Origin: Macrostomum lignano
Lineage: Eukaryota
Length of the DNA stretch: 36,843 bases
Assembly: GCA_002269645.1 (NCBI GenBank)
Contig: NIVC01004730.1
Coordinates: 1-36,843 of the forward strand
Direction: 5' to 3'
Below are positions 21,731 to 33,294 of this stretch, piece by piece (position 1 is the first letter of the stretch; every line of letters starts with the position of its first letter). The notes below the pieces were generated by a model. The model had not been told where the DNA came from and ran no database searches. It saw nothing but the letters and a program-made list of their open reading frames with translations. Position numbers and translations under genes: made by a program.

Positions 21731-22582
21731 ACTGGATGGAAGCCTTTCAATCCCGACTGGAAGCTAAAATTGTTTGACGCAACTGTCAGTTTGGTTTTTA
21801 TTGCAATGAATTCTTTAGAGTTTAGAGTTTAGATAGACCAACATGCAGTTGGTAAATCTACAGATGAAATCTTGAGGGAGACAAAAGTTATTTCACTTTA
21901 AAATTACGTATTTTACTTTGTTTACCCTGTTAATTACAAGGACAGAAGCGAAAACAGAAACGTAAAAAGCCAAAATCATGCAGTATGTGGGTGACTTGCA
22001 TGCTTTAAAGACGAATTATAAAACAGTAATTTACAATATTAAGTAACAGTTGGCAACATGTTTTAAGTACTGTAGATAAGTTATTGTAGTATATAGAAAA
22101 GTATTAGGTCCTGTACCACGTTGAAGCGAACAAACCAAACGTACTTTAATTGATTGTGTAAAAACAATACTACACGAAGAGGATCCTAAACAACGTTCGT
22201 GAATTAGGCCAGGCATTAGGTATGAGGATTTAACCTGGTACAGAAGTTTAAGGTTTTCCTAAAGCAAAAAAGAGTACATTGTGTAGCTGCTCCTCTCCCT
22301 CCACTTGATTCTTGATATTATGCATAACAGTCTTTGTTTTACACACATCCCAATTGCTAGACATTATAAAAGGCAAATTTTCAAGTGACAGGAACCGCTC
22401 ACGAAACGCTTCTGTCGCTCCAGTCTCTTTGATATCAGAGTAAAATTTATTTCGCTCTGCTCTCGTTTTACGTCTGAAACAGCCGACTTGTGCATCTGCA
22501 TGACAAGGACAACTGAAGTTACGTTATCCTTGTCCTTGCTGCATGATTCAGCTCTCAAAAAATTTCAACTCCCGGTCTCCCG

Positions 22583-23261
22583 GGATCTCCCGGTCACGTG
22601 ACTTTGGGTGGCAACAACTCAGCCAATCAGAAAATTTGACGTGCGTTATAACAAATCGGCTCAGCCAATCAGAATCGAGGTGTTCCATTATAACAAATTG
22701 CGGTCCAGTTGGCCGCTATTTAAACCGGAGTTTTTGGCCCGCTCGGACCCAACTGGGTGCCCTCTCTGGAACCTCCTGCTCCGCCACCGCCTCCTGGGAC
22801 TTTGGCCTAACTTAGACCTCCCGGAGCTCGACCGTCGTCTCTTGATCCCCGTATCGCGACTCCCCCCATCATCATCAAGGACGAATCCCCCCGGTCGTCA
22901 GCAGCGAACATCAAGATTAAGAACATTGCACCTGCTAGCTATCTGCGAAGGGTGTGACAGCATCATCCCGAGTCGAGAGCTGCGAAGCACTAAACCGATT
23001 CGGTCACTGTGGATTACCTGGTCTCCGGCTGTTGAGTTTCTGATTGGTTGGGTGAGAGGCTACCTAGACTTGCTTGATTGGGTGATTCGATCCCTTATCT
23101 GTCCCCTATTTCATAGCTGGATTAGGCGCACACTTTTGCTCATTTTGTTCAATGTTCAGCAGTGCTGTTATCGAGGCAGAAATCACTTTTAGTAGTCTGA
23201 ATTAGTAGTCTGAAACTCCAATACAATCTGAAGTGTAATTGAAGTGTAGTTAAGGAGAAGG
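22583..23261 (+). repeat. Dispersed repeat copy 2 (same family as 13302-13973), ending at the 177-bp repeat element
   Basis: Aligns with copy 1 from GGATCTCCCGGTCACGTGA to TAAGGAGAAGG. Confidence 0.75.
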
Positions 23262-23925
23262 AAACTTGAACAATAGTCGTTTCACGGTTGCAGTTTACTC
23301 TGTGTAAAGTTTCGTCAAGATCGGTGAAGCAGAAGTACCTGTACTCGAATATGAATTTTGGAATCACATGTATTTTAAATGGAACACATCGAAAATCGCT
23401 CCTGCGCAGAGCCAAAGTTACATATCGAGCTGAAACTTGACCAATAGTCGTTTCACGATTGCAGTTTACTCTGTGTAAAGTTTCGTCAAGATCAGTGAAG
23501 CAGAAGTACCTGTACTCGAATATCAATATGAATTTTGGAATCACACATGTATTTTAAATGGAACACATCGAAAATCGCTCCTGCGCAGAGCCAAAGTTAC
23601 ATATCGAGCTGAAACTTGACCAATAGTCGTTTCACGGTTGCAGTTTACTCTGTGTAAAGTTTCGTCAAGATCAGTGAAGCAGAAGTACCTGTACTCGAAT
23701 ATCAATATGAATTTTGGAATCACACATGTATTTTAAATGGAACACATCGAAAATTGCTCCTGCGCAGAGCCAAAGTTACATATCGAGCTGAAACTTGACC
23801 AATAGTCGTTTCACGGTTGCAGTTTACGCTGTGTAAAGTTTCATGCTACGGGTTGCTTTTAGTATTTTGCTTTTGTTAAAATTCGAATATCAATGCGAAT
23901 ATCAATGGGAAAACAAATGCGTCCT
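23261..23925 (-). repeat. Second copy of the head plus ~177-bp tandem-unit element (about 3.3 units), inverted relative to the first
   Basis: Reverse complement of the 21281-21730 head and units. Unit length varies by a few nt. Confidence 0.8.
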
Positions 23926-26243
23926 ACAGGATGGTACTGGAAAATATTAATCCCGGGATAATCCTGGGATTTGACATTTCCTAATCCTGGGATCCCGGGA
24001 TAGACAGAATACGGGATTTTGTGACCCCTCTCCCGAGACACAGATCTAAACCCCCGGTACTCAAATACGTGTACTGAGTACAATGCCAATGGTATAGGTA
24101 TAGGGCCATAGGGGAAGGACTAAAAGTCTAAAATTCAAGGGCAAGTTTTTCCAGAAAATGCTTTTGACAATCTGAAAAGTAATGTCAATGACATTATAAA
24201 ATAAATTGATTTTTGTTTCAAGCATTTTAAAATATTTATAAAATGTTAAATCTATTATAGCCTTATGCCTTAGGGCTAGGGGGGGCCTATCGCTATCTTT
24301 AATGGAATAATTTGTAAACATTTTTAAATAAATTACATAAATGATAACTAAAATTATGATTATGTAAATTACAGAAAAGCTTTAGGGCCTAATAATATAT
24401 TTATTTGCTTTTGCTTATTTGTTAGTCCTATTTTATTGTTAGTCATATTTTATTGTATTTATTTGTAGGCCTATCTATTTTATTTGTTAGTCCCATTTTT
24501 GCAAAGCAATGTTTTAGTGAATGTTTTACCAAAGTATTATAATGTTTTGTCAAATTCATTTTCTTAGTGTGTAGGCTTTTTTGAAAACATAATGCTATAT
24601 ATTTTATTAATTTCTGAACAAGTAGTATAAAGATGCACACATCGGGTGCCAGTCGTTTCGTCTGCTGACAGTTCGTCTGCTGAGCAGACAAAAAGTTTTC
24701 TCTTTCTAAAACTGTTTGTCTGCCGGGAAATGGGGTGGGGCTAGGGTATGTGGTGGAGTGGGGTGGGGAGCTGCCCAACTCACAACCTCTTCATTAACAT
24801 TGTTAAACTGCTATAGGGACAGTTGGTCTTTTCAAAATGAATCTCTCTGAATCTCATACGAATGAACTGGAAACCCACACATCTTTTTGCCACTAGTAAA
24901 CGGGCTTCTTTTTAGACATTGGTCTTCATACTACTTGGTAAACCTAGTTTTGTACCAATGAAAAAGAACTTTGAGAAGCTCAAGAAAAATGTAAATCTCT
25001 ACTTCTCCCATTTTATCTCTTTGTCTGCTGTTCTGTTTTTCTTATTTCTAATCTTTCTAGTCTCCCTATCTCCTCTCTTGCTTGTTGCTTCTCTCTCATC
25101 TTATCTCTTATATTGTTTCTCTTCTCTCTCTATTCTCTTTCATTTTCTCTCTTATCTGACCCGCAGCCATGAGCTAGAATTGAATCTTCTAAAATAGGCC
25201 CTCGCAGGCCTCAATCTAAAAATTGTCTAATGACTAAAGTCTTCAGAGTGTAGCAGGGTTATGCACTTATGCCACCTCATTAAGCTGGTTGTTTTGGCGC
25301 ATGATCCACTTAAGGGATTCGCAGATAAGCATCAGCTTAAGTCCTTAGAAAGTCAGGCCAGTTTTGTGGGACATAAGCCTTGTACTCTCAATCAGATAGT
25401 ATACTTAAGATACTGTACGCCTCTTCTCCACTCCAATGGAGTTGCAAAGAAAGCTATAAATAAAGGTCTTTCCAAAACACTATACATAGGTAGCTACTTC
25501 ATAAGCCATATTGCCTGACCTTAATAGTCTAGGGGAGGATTGTATACATAGTAACTTGGAGCTTGCCCCCACCAAACTTTGTAGGCCTACTGGGCTTGCA
25601 AATCAAATGTGCAGTTAAAAAGCTAATATTAATGCTAATCATGTGACGCCCATTTATCAATCTAATTTTCCTTGGTCTGTGTGCAAGTCAAATGAAGCTC
25701 TATTACACACCCTCCAAACCAAGTTGCCAAGCCCTCACGCCACAGCCCTCTACTTAGAAAGGACAGGAGTGTGTGTACATTCTACGATTATTCCTTCTTT
25801 TCCTTTCCTTTCTAACCAGCTTAACTCAGCCCAACACCAAAGCCATGCAACGTGGAAGCAATTGAATGCAAATGCAAATTTTGCAAAGCAGTATATGCAG
25901 CTTAATCTGATGAATTTTGGTGCAAAAAAAGATTTTTTTGCCTAAAAGAGCATTAAATGGTTATGAAACTCAAAAAAAAATTGTTAAATTAGATGTCTGA
26001 AATACCCTGCATTGGTTTCAGTGCAAAATTCCAACCATTTCCCAGTTATTTAGCCCTGGAAGTAGCAAAAATGTCACTAATCAAGTTTTCAGTTTTTTAT
26101 TAATAATTTTTACCCAATGAACCAAATCTCTAGAAATTGCACACAAATAGGCCTTGTCATGTGGGAAATCAGGCGTCATAAAAATATTGCCGTCCTATTG
26201 TATTTTTTGCCTGATTTCAAGCCAAATATTAAAAAATCACTAC

Positions 26244-27659
26244 CAGTATTGCCACTGACTGATTTCGAAAAAAAAACGCAGGCCGAAAAAAATAACGCAA
26301 ACTTTTTTTCTCATAAAAGGACTTCCTTGCTAGCCGTATCACTGTTACCGGATTCGAATATTGTACTTATATTGTATCTATTGCACGTATATTGTGTCTG
26401 GTGACTTCTGACACAGCGGCACTCATTCCAAAAATACCAAAGACGAAAAACCAGTAGTTACTTGTTAGCAAATTTCGAGCAAAAATTATAATAATTAGTT
26501 TTTCTTCTTCTTAGGCACATGGGGAAGGCGTGCAAGAGCAGCATTCTCTGCTTGTCGCTTCAGCCTTGCTGCTTCCTCGGCTGTACACTGAACGACTTGG
26601 TCCATTGCACGCTGTTCAATCTCGACATCTCGACCACAACACTGCCCTCAGAATTAAAATAACGTACGCAAATCATCATAAGACCGTCACTCTCATCATA
26701 GCTGATGGAGTAAAAGCCAAATGACGATTCTAGTGCATCCACACCCACAATCGACTCAGTTATTTTTTGCTGCACAAAAGGAACAATCGTGAATGACAGC
26801 AAGTAGGCCTGCTTGGTGCGGGCACAAGAAAAGCTTGCAGCGATTTTAGAATCCAAAAACATGGCTTGGAATAAATCAGGGCTGTCGTCCTCCATGTTAA
26901 AGCTCTTCGATTTGTATGCCGAGTTCCACACCCAGCGAATTTCGGCTGCAGTCGTTTTGATTGACTTGTCATCGCTACTACTAGCTGCTGGATCTTTCTG
27001 TTTAGTGCAGAAGGATGTGATTGACTTCTGCTTCTGCTGCAGTGCTATAGCTGCATTTGCTTTCATGTGCTGTTTGATGGTGGAAATTCCACCACTTCCA
27101 ACATGTATCGGTCTATCGCAGAAAAGGCAGAACGCGTCTGTATTGACTTTACCCTTCGTCAACCATTTCTCTGCTTCTAGGGAAACAATCCAAGCGGCGT
27201 CGAAAGTTGTTAGCCAAGTTTGCTTTGAATCGTTCAACGCAGTGCTCATGCTCACAGAAATTATTCTTTGTTGTTGTTGTCTGGAGTTTAAAATCAGCTT
27301 ATGATTGAAATGCATATGAAAATACTTAAGTTGTCAGGTATGCTAATAATAACCTATGGTATTGGGTGAGGGTGATTCTGTGGTGTTGAGGGCAGTTCTG
27401 TGGGTTCAAGGGCAATTCTGTGGGGTATTTTTAGTGGTTTCTAAATGTTACTAAGCAGGAAAGCAAAAGCGAGTTCTTTAAATTGTATTTTGTACAGTGT
27501 TTATTATTAGCATTACTGTTATTTGAGTGCAGTACAAAAATATTATAAGGATCAATGAACCATTCAAGAAAAAACGCCAGAAAGTGAGAATTTGGAGAAA
27601 AAAACGCCTAACGCCAAAAAAAATGCCAGCGTTAAAAAACGCCACAAGTGGCAACACTG
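26244..27659 (-). mobile_element. Internally deleted hAT DNA transposon (1416 bp) with 13-bp TIRs and a perfect 8-bp TSD
   Basis: TIRs are CAGTATTGCCACT (26244) and AGTGGCAACACTG (ending 27659). The TSD ATCACTAC is at 26236-26243 and 27660-27667. Confidence 0.9.
26560..27315 (-). pseudogene. Truncated hAT transposase: BED-type zinc finger and N-terminal catalytic region
   Basis: Contains AFCLFCDRPIHVGSGGISTIKQH, LFQAMFLDSKIAASFSCARTKQAYLL and FYSISYDESD. The C-terminal two thirds are missing. Confidence 0.8.
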
Positions 27660-28477
27660 ATCACTACTCTGATTGATTTCTAATCACTTTTGACTTTGAC
27701 ACATGAGCACTTGTTGCACACTCAAAAACTTGGTTGATTTTAGCCAGACATAAGGACAACTCATTGCAGTATTTGCCTTTGATCTACCATTCTTTTAAAA
27801 TTTTATTCATCCATTTTTTGGGCATCCAATCAGCCAAAAATCACTAATTATCAATTTCTGATCAATTTTTTCAACCCGAAAGCAGCAAAATCAAATGGCA
27901 GCCATTTAAACCAATATAGTACAGCAACTATTCTATAGAAATTCGAAGTTGGATTATTCGCACCATGTTCTCAAAATTATAATGAGCAATAATGTGAAAC
28001 TCGTGATTTTTTGAAAAATTGATTCTTGTCGATTTTCTCAGCACTGCATAATCGTATGAAAACAAAAATTTCGACACTTGTAGATTTTTGCATTGCGCAT
28101 CGAACTGCACTGCTTTGAAGCCCAAACTCAAAAAGCTTCATAGGAAAAAGGGGCAAAATAATAAAATGAGGGTCATTTTTTACCCAAAAAACCACCAAAA
28201 CTGTATAAAGATGCAGAAATAAATCAAAGCGCCATGTACAATTTTGTTTAAAAAGTTTGAACTGATATGCTGTCTGTCTAGAGTTTGTAAACAGCCACTT
28301 ACACAATCAATTCATGTGTCATTACTAATTTGTCATTACGGTTGGCAATTGAGGAAAGAAATACACATTTTTGTGCACAAAACTTTTGTGAAAGAAGCAA
28401 TGAAGTTACATTAAAGGTGCAGGCCAGATTACAATAATTAAGATTAAGGAAGTTTGTAGCCCACAAAGAAAGTATTT

Positions 28478-28520
28478 GCGGGCTGGATCTGGCCTGTGGG
28501 CCAGAGGTTGCCAACCCCTG
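28478..28520. mobile_element. Terminal fragment of a hAT (Charlie-type) MITE
   Basis: ...GGCCTGTGGGCCAGAGGTTGCCAACCCCTG resembles the CAGGGGTTGGCAA terminus and GGCCCGCGGGCC subterminal motif of Charlie-type elements. No partner end was found. Confidence 0.5.
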
Positions 28521-28889
28521 AAATAAAAAGTAAAACAAAATATTTTGGTCATTAGTGAGTAGTACAAAATGAGCCTTCTTGAGACTATAATTAATTATTT
28601 ATATTAGGTTAAAATATAAAATTCTGCATAGGATTTTTTAAATTTAATTTAAATTTTTTATTGAATATTTATCAATTATATATATATAGGCTTTAGCCTA
28701 TTTAGTCTTGTCTAATGATTCCTATATATATATACCATATATATACTATATATATTGTTTTACTAGCCTAAATGATCTATTAGTATTAGTTTTAAATATA
28801 TACTATGAATTAGACTTATTTCCTATGTTAAGTTAAAAATATATATATTGGCTTGCATGATATAGAATTAGATAACATAATAGATTAGT

Positions 28890-29446
28890 GGCTATCCTGC
28901 ATTTTCATTCGTTAAATTATTTTTTCACGTGGAATTAATTTTACATGATCTCACGAGTTCAGCACAGGTAATAAAAAATATTATGGGACATACAGAACAC
29001 CCAAAAAGTTTAAGAAAGTTTGTTATAGTCAAGTCAGTTTAAACGTTAGTCTCCGGATTACAGTGGGTAGTAATCTCTCGAAAAAGGAGCCCTTCCTTAT
29101 GGACTCCTGGCTGTGACACTCCTTGCAAGCCCAAGCCCAGCCATCCACATACCAGTCACCCTGACGACGCTAAAGGCGCATTTGAGGTGCAGCAGGGCAA
29201 TGGCACTGACGCTCGTTTGACAGCAGCCGGTATTTGGCCAGCCAGCGCATCAGAGACAGTGTGTCAGTGGTCAAAAGAGCCAAGTCCCGCATCCTTATGA
29301 GCGGCAGGTCGCATAGTTCCGCAGTAGGTCTTATCTCAGCTGGTGGAATGATAGTAGTAGGAGCAGCTGGACAACCCGCCATGTGGATGTGCAGTGTGGC
29401 TGAAAAAATGAAAAAATAATTTAACGAACGAAAATGCAGGATAGCC
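28890..29446 (-). mobile_element. Internally deleted Merlin (IS1016-like) DNA transposon, 557 bp
   Basis: The ~36-bp TIRs begin GGCTATCCTGCATTTTC(A/G)TTCGTTAAATTATTTTTT. The 8-bp TSD is AGATTAGT / AGATTAGC (7/8). Internal translation gives LMRWLAKYRLLSNERQCHC...MRL...GDWYVW...CHSQESIRKGSFFE, the Merlin transposase N-terminal zinc-ribbon region. Confidence 0.8.
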
Positions 29447-30714
29447 AGATTAGCATATCAAGATTGAATTTGGCTTTTCTATTATCAAGATCTCTATCTC
29501 CATTTTACAAAATCTAAATATACTAAATCTCTAAGGTTTGTTTGTTAGTCAGACAGTCAGTCAATCTGTTGTTAATTTTTTAGAACCCTCTGGCCAATTT
29601 TTTTCAAATTTGCATTAAAAATTGTAATTTTTCAACAATCATGCATAACTTTTTTGTTGAAAAATTTTAATGGAAAGTAGGTCAAATATTCAAAAAACTA
29701 TTTTTAATGCTTCCAATGGATGCTCTATTGCTAAATTTAATTGTTCAATTCAACCATTTAGTCCTCTCCTTGACCAATGTACAATGTAGGTTGTACATTC
29801 ACAATGATCCTTTGCACAATTTGTGTGGTTGGTTGAATTTTATTATTGTTTACCAACCAATCTAATAGATAAATGATAAAAGAGTGGGTGCATAGGGGGG
29901 TTAAAAAGCTGGCCTGAAATTTATCAACCCCCTAAACTGCACTGGGGGCTGGAGGCAGTAGCTAATGTGCCCAATTAATTCAGATTCATTTGGCCAATTG
30001 GTATATAAAATTTATACCAATTCTTAGTGAGTCAACTATTTGAAAAACAAAAACAAATGCAGGCTTGGGTTGAGGAATGAAGTGGGGTGCAAGGGTTTTG
30101 TTGGATAGATTAAAGCTCCCAATCAGTTTTCTTGCATCTTTTATTGCAGAATATTCCAAGAGAAATTGATCACTGGTGCATAGAGTGGCGACTTTTCAAT
30201 GTTGCTGTATATATATAAAATTTCAAACAGTGAAAAAATAAATTTGGAAGTTGGTCAAATGATGTTTTTCTTGCTTTTAATGTTTGGATTTTGAATTTGA
30301 ATGGCCCATTGGGGCTTAATGCACTAGTTTAGACTACTTATTTTATAAAATTTGTCTTAATGCTTATTTGCTTTGCTTTTGGGTAAGATTTTAGGATTAC
30401 TAAGACGCAAATTAGTAATCCTAATCCTGATAACCACATAATATCAGGACATACCAAGGCATATCAGTACACACCAAGGCACACCAGGACACACTAAAAC
30501 AAAGGCTAAAAAGTTTTATTTTCAGCAAAATGTACATCAAATAGTATTACAGAATTAGCAATAATATATAATAATATCCAAATAGATTGCTCAAATTTAT
30601 ATTTCAAACTCCCACATGTTAATACTGTTTGTTACATTGTAAACAGTATTATCTGGGTTTCATCCATGATTATAAATTATCATTATGCAACATTTCAATG
30701 CGGTCAAAGCAGAC

Positions 30715-31106
30715 ATGTCAATTCTGGTAATGTCCCTTTGCCTAGCCGGCAGTCTGGCGCTCCTGTTCCTGGCTGTCTACCTGTTGATGACCCTCTCCGA
30801 TCTGGACTGCGACTATTTGAATGTTCGGGAAGGCTGCGACCGGCTCAACAAATGGGTATGGCCGGAGGCTGCTGTGGCCGCTGCTGTGCCCATCCTGCTG
30901 CTGCTGACCCTGCACTGGGTCCTGTTCCTGCTGTCAGCGCCTCTGCCCTGCTACCTCATTTATCGCTGCTTAACCCTGCCGAAAGGTCAGATCGGCTTGT
31001 TCGATCCGTTCGAAATCAATAATCGCAACTATATTAAACGGGCGATGTACTTTTGCACCTTTAAGCTCGTGCATTACCTGCTTGTGTTCTTTGTCCTGCT
31101 GTACAG
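30715..31106 (+). CDS. CNIH4: Cornichon homolog (CNIH4-like), exon 1
   Basis: Reads MSILVMSLCLAGSLALLFLAVYLLMTLSDLDCDYLNVREGCDRLNKWVWPE...GLFDPFEINNR...KLVHYLLVFFVLLY, with the cornichon LSDLECDYLN and DPxEI motifs. A GT donor follows at 31107. Confidence 0.9.
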
Positions 31107-31131
31107 GTGCGTTTGGGTTCACTTTATCTGT

Positions 31132-31535
31132 CTGAATCTGCCACACCGCTCCCTGCTCTCCCAGTGCCTGAATCTGCCTCACCGCTCCCTGCTCCCCCAG
31201 TGCCTGAATCTGCCACACCGCTCCCTGCTCTCCCAGTGCCTGAATCTGCCTCACCGCGCCCTGCTCCCCCAGTGCCTGAATCTGCCACACCGCTCCCTGC
31301 TCCCCAGTGCCTGAATCTGCCTCACCGCTCCCTGCTCCCCCAGTGCCTGAATCTGCCACACCGCGCCCTGCTCCCCCAGTGCCTGAATCTGCCACACCGC
31401 TCCCTGCTCCCCAGTGCCTGAATCTGCCTCACCGCTCCCTGCTCCCCCAGTGCCTGAATCTGCCTCACCGCTCCCTGCTCCCCAGTGCCTGAATCTGCCT
31501 CACCGCTCCCTGCTCCCCCAGTGCCTGAATCTGCC
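31132..31535 (+). repeat. Intronic 35-36-bp minisatellite, about 11 copies
   Basis: Unit CAGTGCCTGAATCTGCC(A/T)CACCGC(T/G)CCCTGCT(C)CCC. Confidence 0.95.
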
Positions 31536-31589
31536 ATATTTTAATTAATTTCAACTCCAATCTAAAGAGTCCCGCCAACTCAATTGCAG

Positions 31590-31620
31590 CATAATCTACT
31601 ATCTGGTGGCCGGTGAATAG
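31590..31620 (+). CDS. CNIH4: Cornichon homolog (CNIH4-like), exon 2 (terminal)
   Basis: Acceptor TTGCAG ends at 31589. The phase-2 join gives ...LLYSIIYYLVAGE* (TAG 31618-31620), 140 aa in total, the expected cornichon length. Confidence 0.8.
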
Positions 31621-33252
31621 AGATCCAACAGTCAGTCCCGAATCGAACTGAGTGCCAGCACTGTGCCAATCTTAGTTTTCTATTTTGTTCTTTTTTAATC
31701 AAATATGCAATGTTTTGTACTTGCTAGCTAGATAAATTTCAGTTTGTGTAAATATCTTAGTATTGCTTGTGAACTTGCACAGTACAGTAGCGTATTAGGT
31801 TTAATTTATCTGAAACCCACTGTTTAGGCATGTCACATATTAATTATTTCCCTTTTTATTAATTATCTAGGTGTAACACAAAAATTATTTTACATTTACA
31901 ACACGCATTCAATATTTGTACTTTGCGAACTGCACATGCCATTTTATTTTCTTACTGATTCTCGTATTAAATTGCCTACGGTCACGTGATCTGTATCAAA
32001 TTAATAAAACTTGAATGGAATTTTTTGCCAACAACTGGATGTTCTGGCGCGGCTTTTGGAAAGAAATTATTTTGTTGAATGCTTGACAGTGTTGCTTCTT
32101 TGACAATGTTGGCTCTCGGTCTGACAATTCTGTCGACCAGATCTGGATCACTATAACTTAGGGATCCATGAGCTTATCGAGTAGTAGTAGTCGACTCTGC
32201 TGTATTTATATATCAATTTGAAGAGAGCAGCAAGGACGACTAAAGTACGTTTTTGTAGATGAAGAAATGTTGAACTGGGTCAGACTTTGGACTGTTTGTG
32301 ACTTGTGGGTCATCGAATACCCCATCATATTTTGCGGGAGTTGGAAGCAATCAATCCACGCCTTATCACAGTGCTTCGCCACTACTTTACTGTTTACATG
32401 TACATGTAGACGTAGGTCGTAGATCTTATTTGTAACCAAGAAAAAAACAGTACAAGTATCGTGTTTCTGTTGTTTTATCTGGATTTATGTATTACGAGCT
32501 TTGTTTCGCTTAAAAGTCGTCACGCACATTTATACCCATGTAACAGTACTTGGTATTTCGATCTACCGGAAAATTTTACTCAAGGACGACCAAGGGTTTA
32601 CGTTGCTAAAAGGTATGTACATGCATGTAATGGTTCTCGAATCAGAATTTGCATGATATTGTGTACGTGAATAAATATTAAAAAGTAATAGAAACTAAGG
32701 CCTTGAAACAAGCAACTTGCGTATTTACGGGGATAGGTTTGTCCGCGTCTATATGGAGGTTATAATATTTCCCATTTCTGAGAAATTTAATATTTTAACA
32801 TTAAATTTAAACGAAATTGTATTTTCTGCCACTTTTCTTCTATTTTTATATCTTGATGTTCTTTTTCTTCCAACCAAAGTTAACCCTACATTCGGAGTAT
32901 GTACTTATGCATGCAGGCCAACGCAACAGAGAAAAGCTTGGAAAAATGGCGGGCTTAGCACTTTTATAATTAAAACAAACTTAGATTTGCAAAACATAAA
33001 TAGTTTAAGTTGTGATTTCGTACACTTAAAAATAAAAAAATGAAGTCAAAATTCGTTTTCTTCTTTTATATTTTATGATATAAAAATATTTTTAAATATT
33101 TGCGGTGGCAATTCAGTGGTTTGATTTAGCTTTTCTGAAGTTTTTATCATCACGGATATTGTTTCCATTTTTGTAATCAAAGTAATTCGAGCTTTTCTAT
33201 AATTATTTCCTTTAGATTATCAGTCCTCGGACTAGAAAAATAATTGGATATC

Positions 33253-33294
33253 ATGGCAGATAATGTTAAAGTCGCCGTTCGTGTTCGCCCATTC
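33253..33294 (+). CDS. KIF28: Kinesin-3 (KIF28/KLP-6-like), coding exon 1
   Basis: Reads MADNVKVAVRVRPF, the kinesin motor start motif. It is missing from the ORF track because it is short. Confidence 0.85.

Noticed and set aside
22364-22558. Short coding-looking minus-strand stretch (...ETGATEAFRERFLSLENLPF)
   Set aside because: It may be a transposon protein fragment, but it is too short to assign.
13302-23261. The two ~670-bp direct repeats as paired LTRs of a single retrotransposon enclosing the YR gene (a DIRS/Ngaro-like model)
   Set aside because: The copies are clearly diverged, no RT/RNase H lies between them, and the YR gene has its own separate boundaries.
21365-23840. Regularly spaced repeats considered as a CRISPR-like array, and the 132/131-aa ORFs within them
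   Set aside because: The units are contiguous 177-bp tandem repeats with no unique spacers, there are no cas genes, and the context is eukaryotic.
30970-31537. Several ORFs with ESASPLPAPPVP, CLNLPHRSLL or QIQALGEQG repeats
   Set aside because: They are reading frames through the cornichon intron minisatellite.
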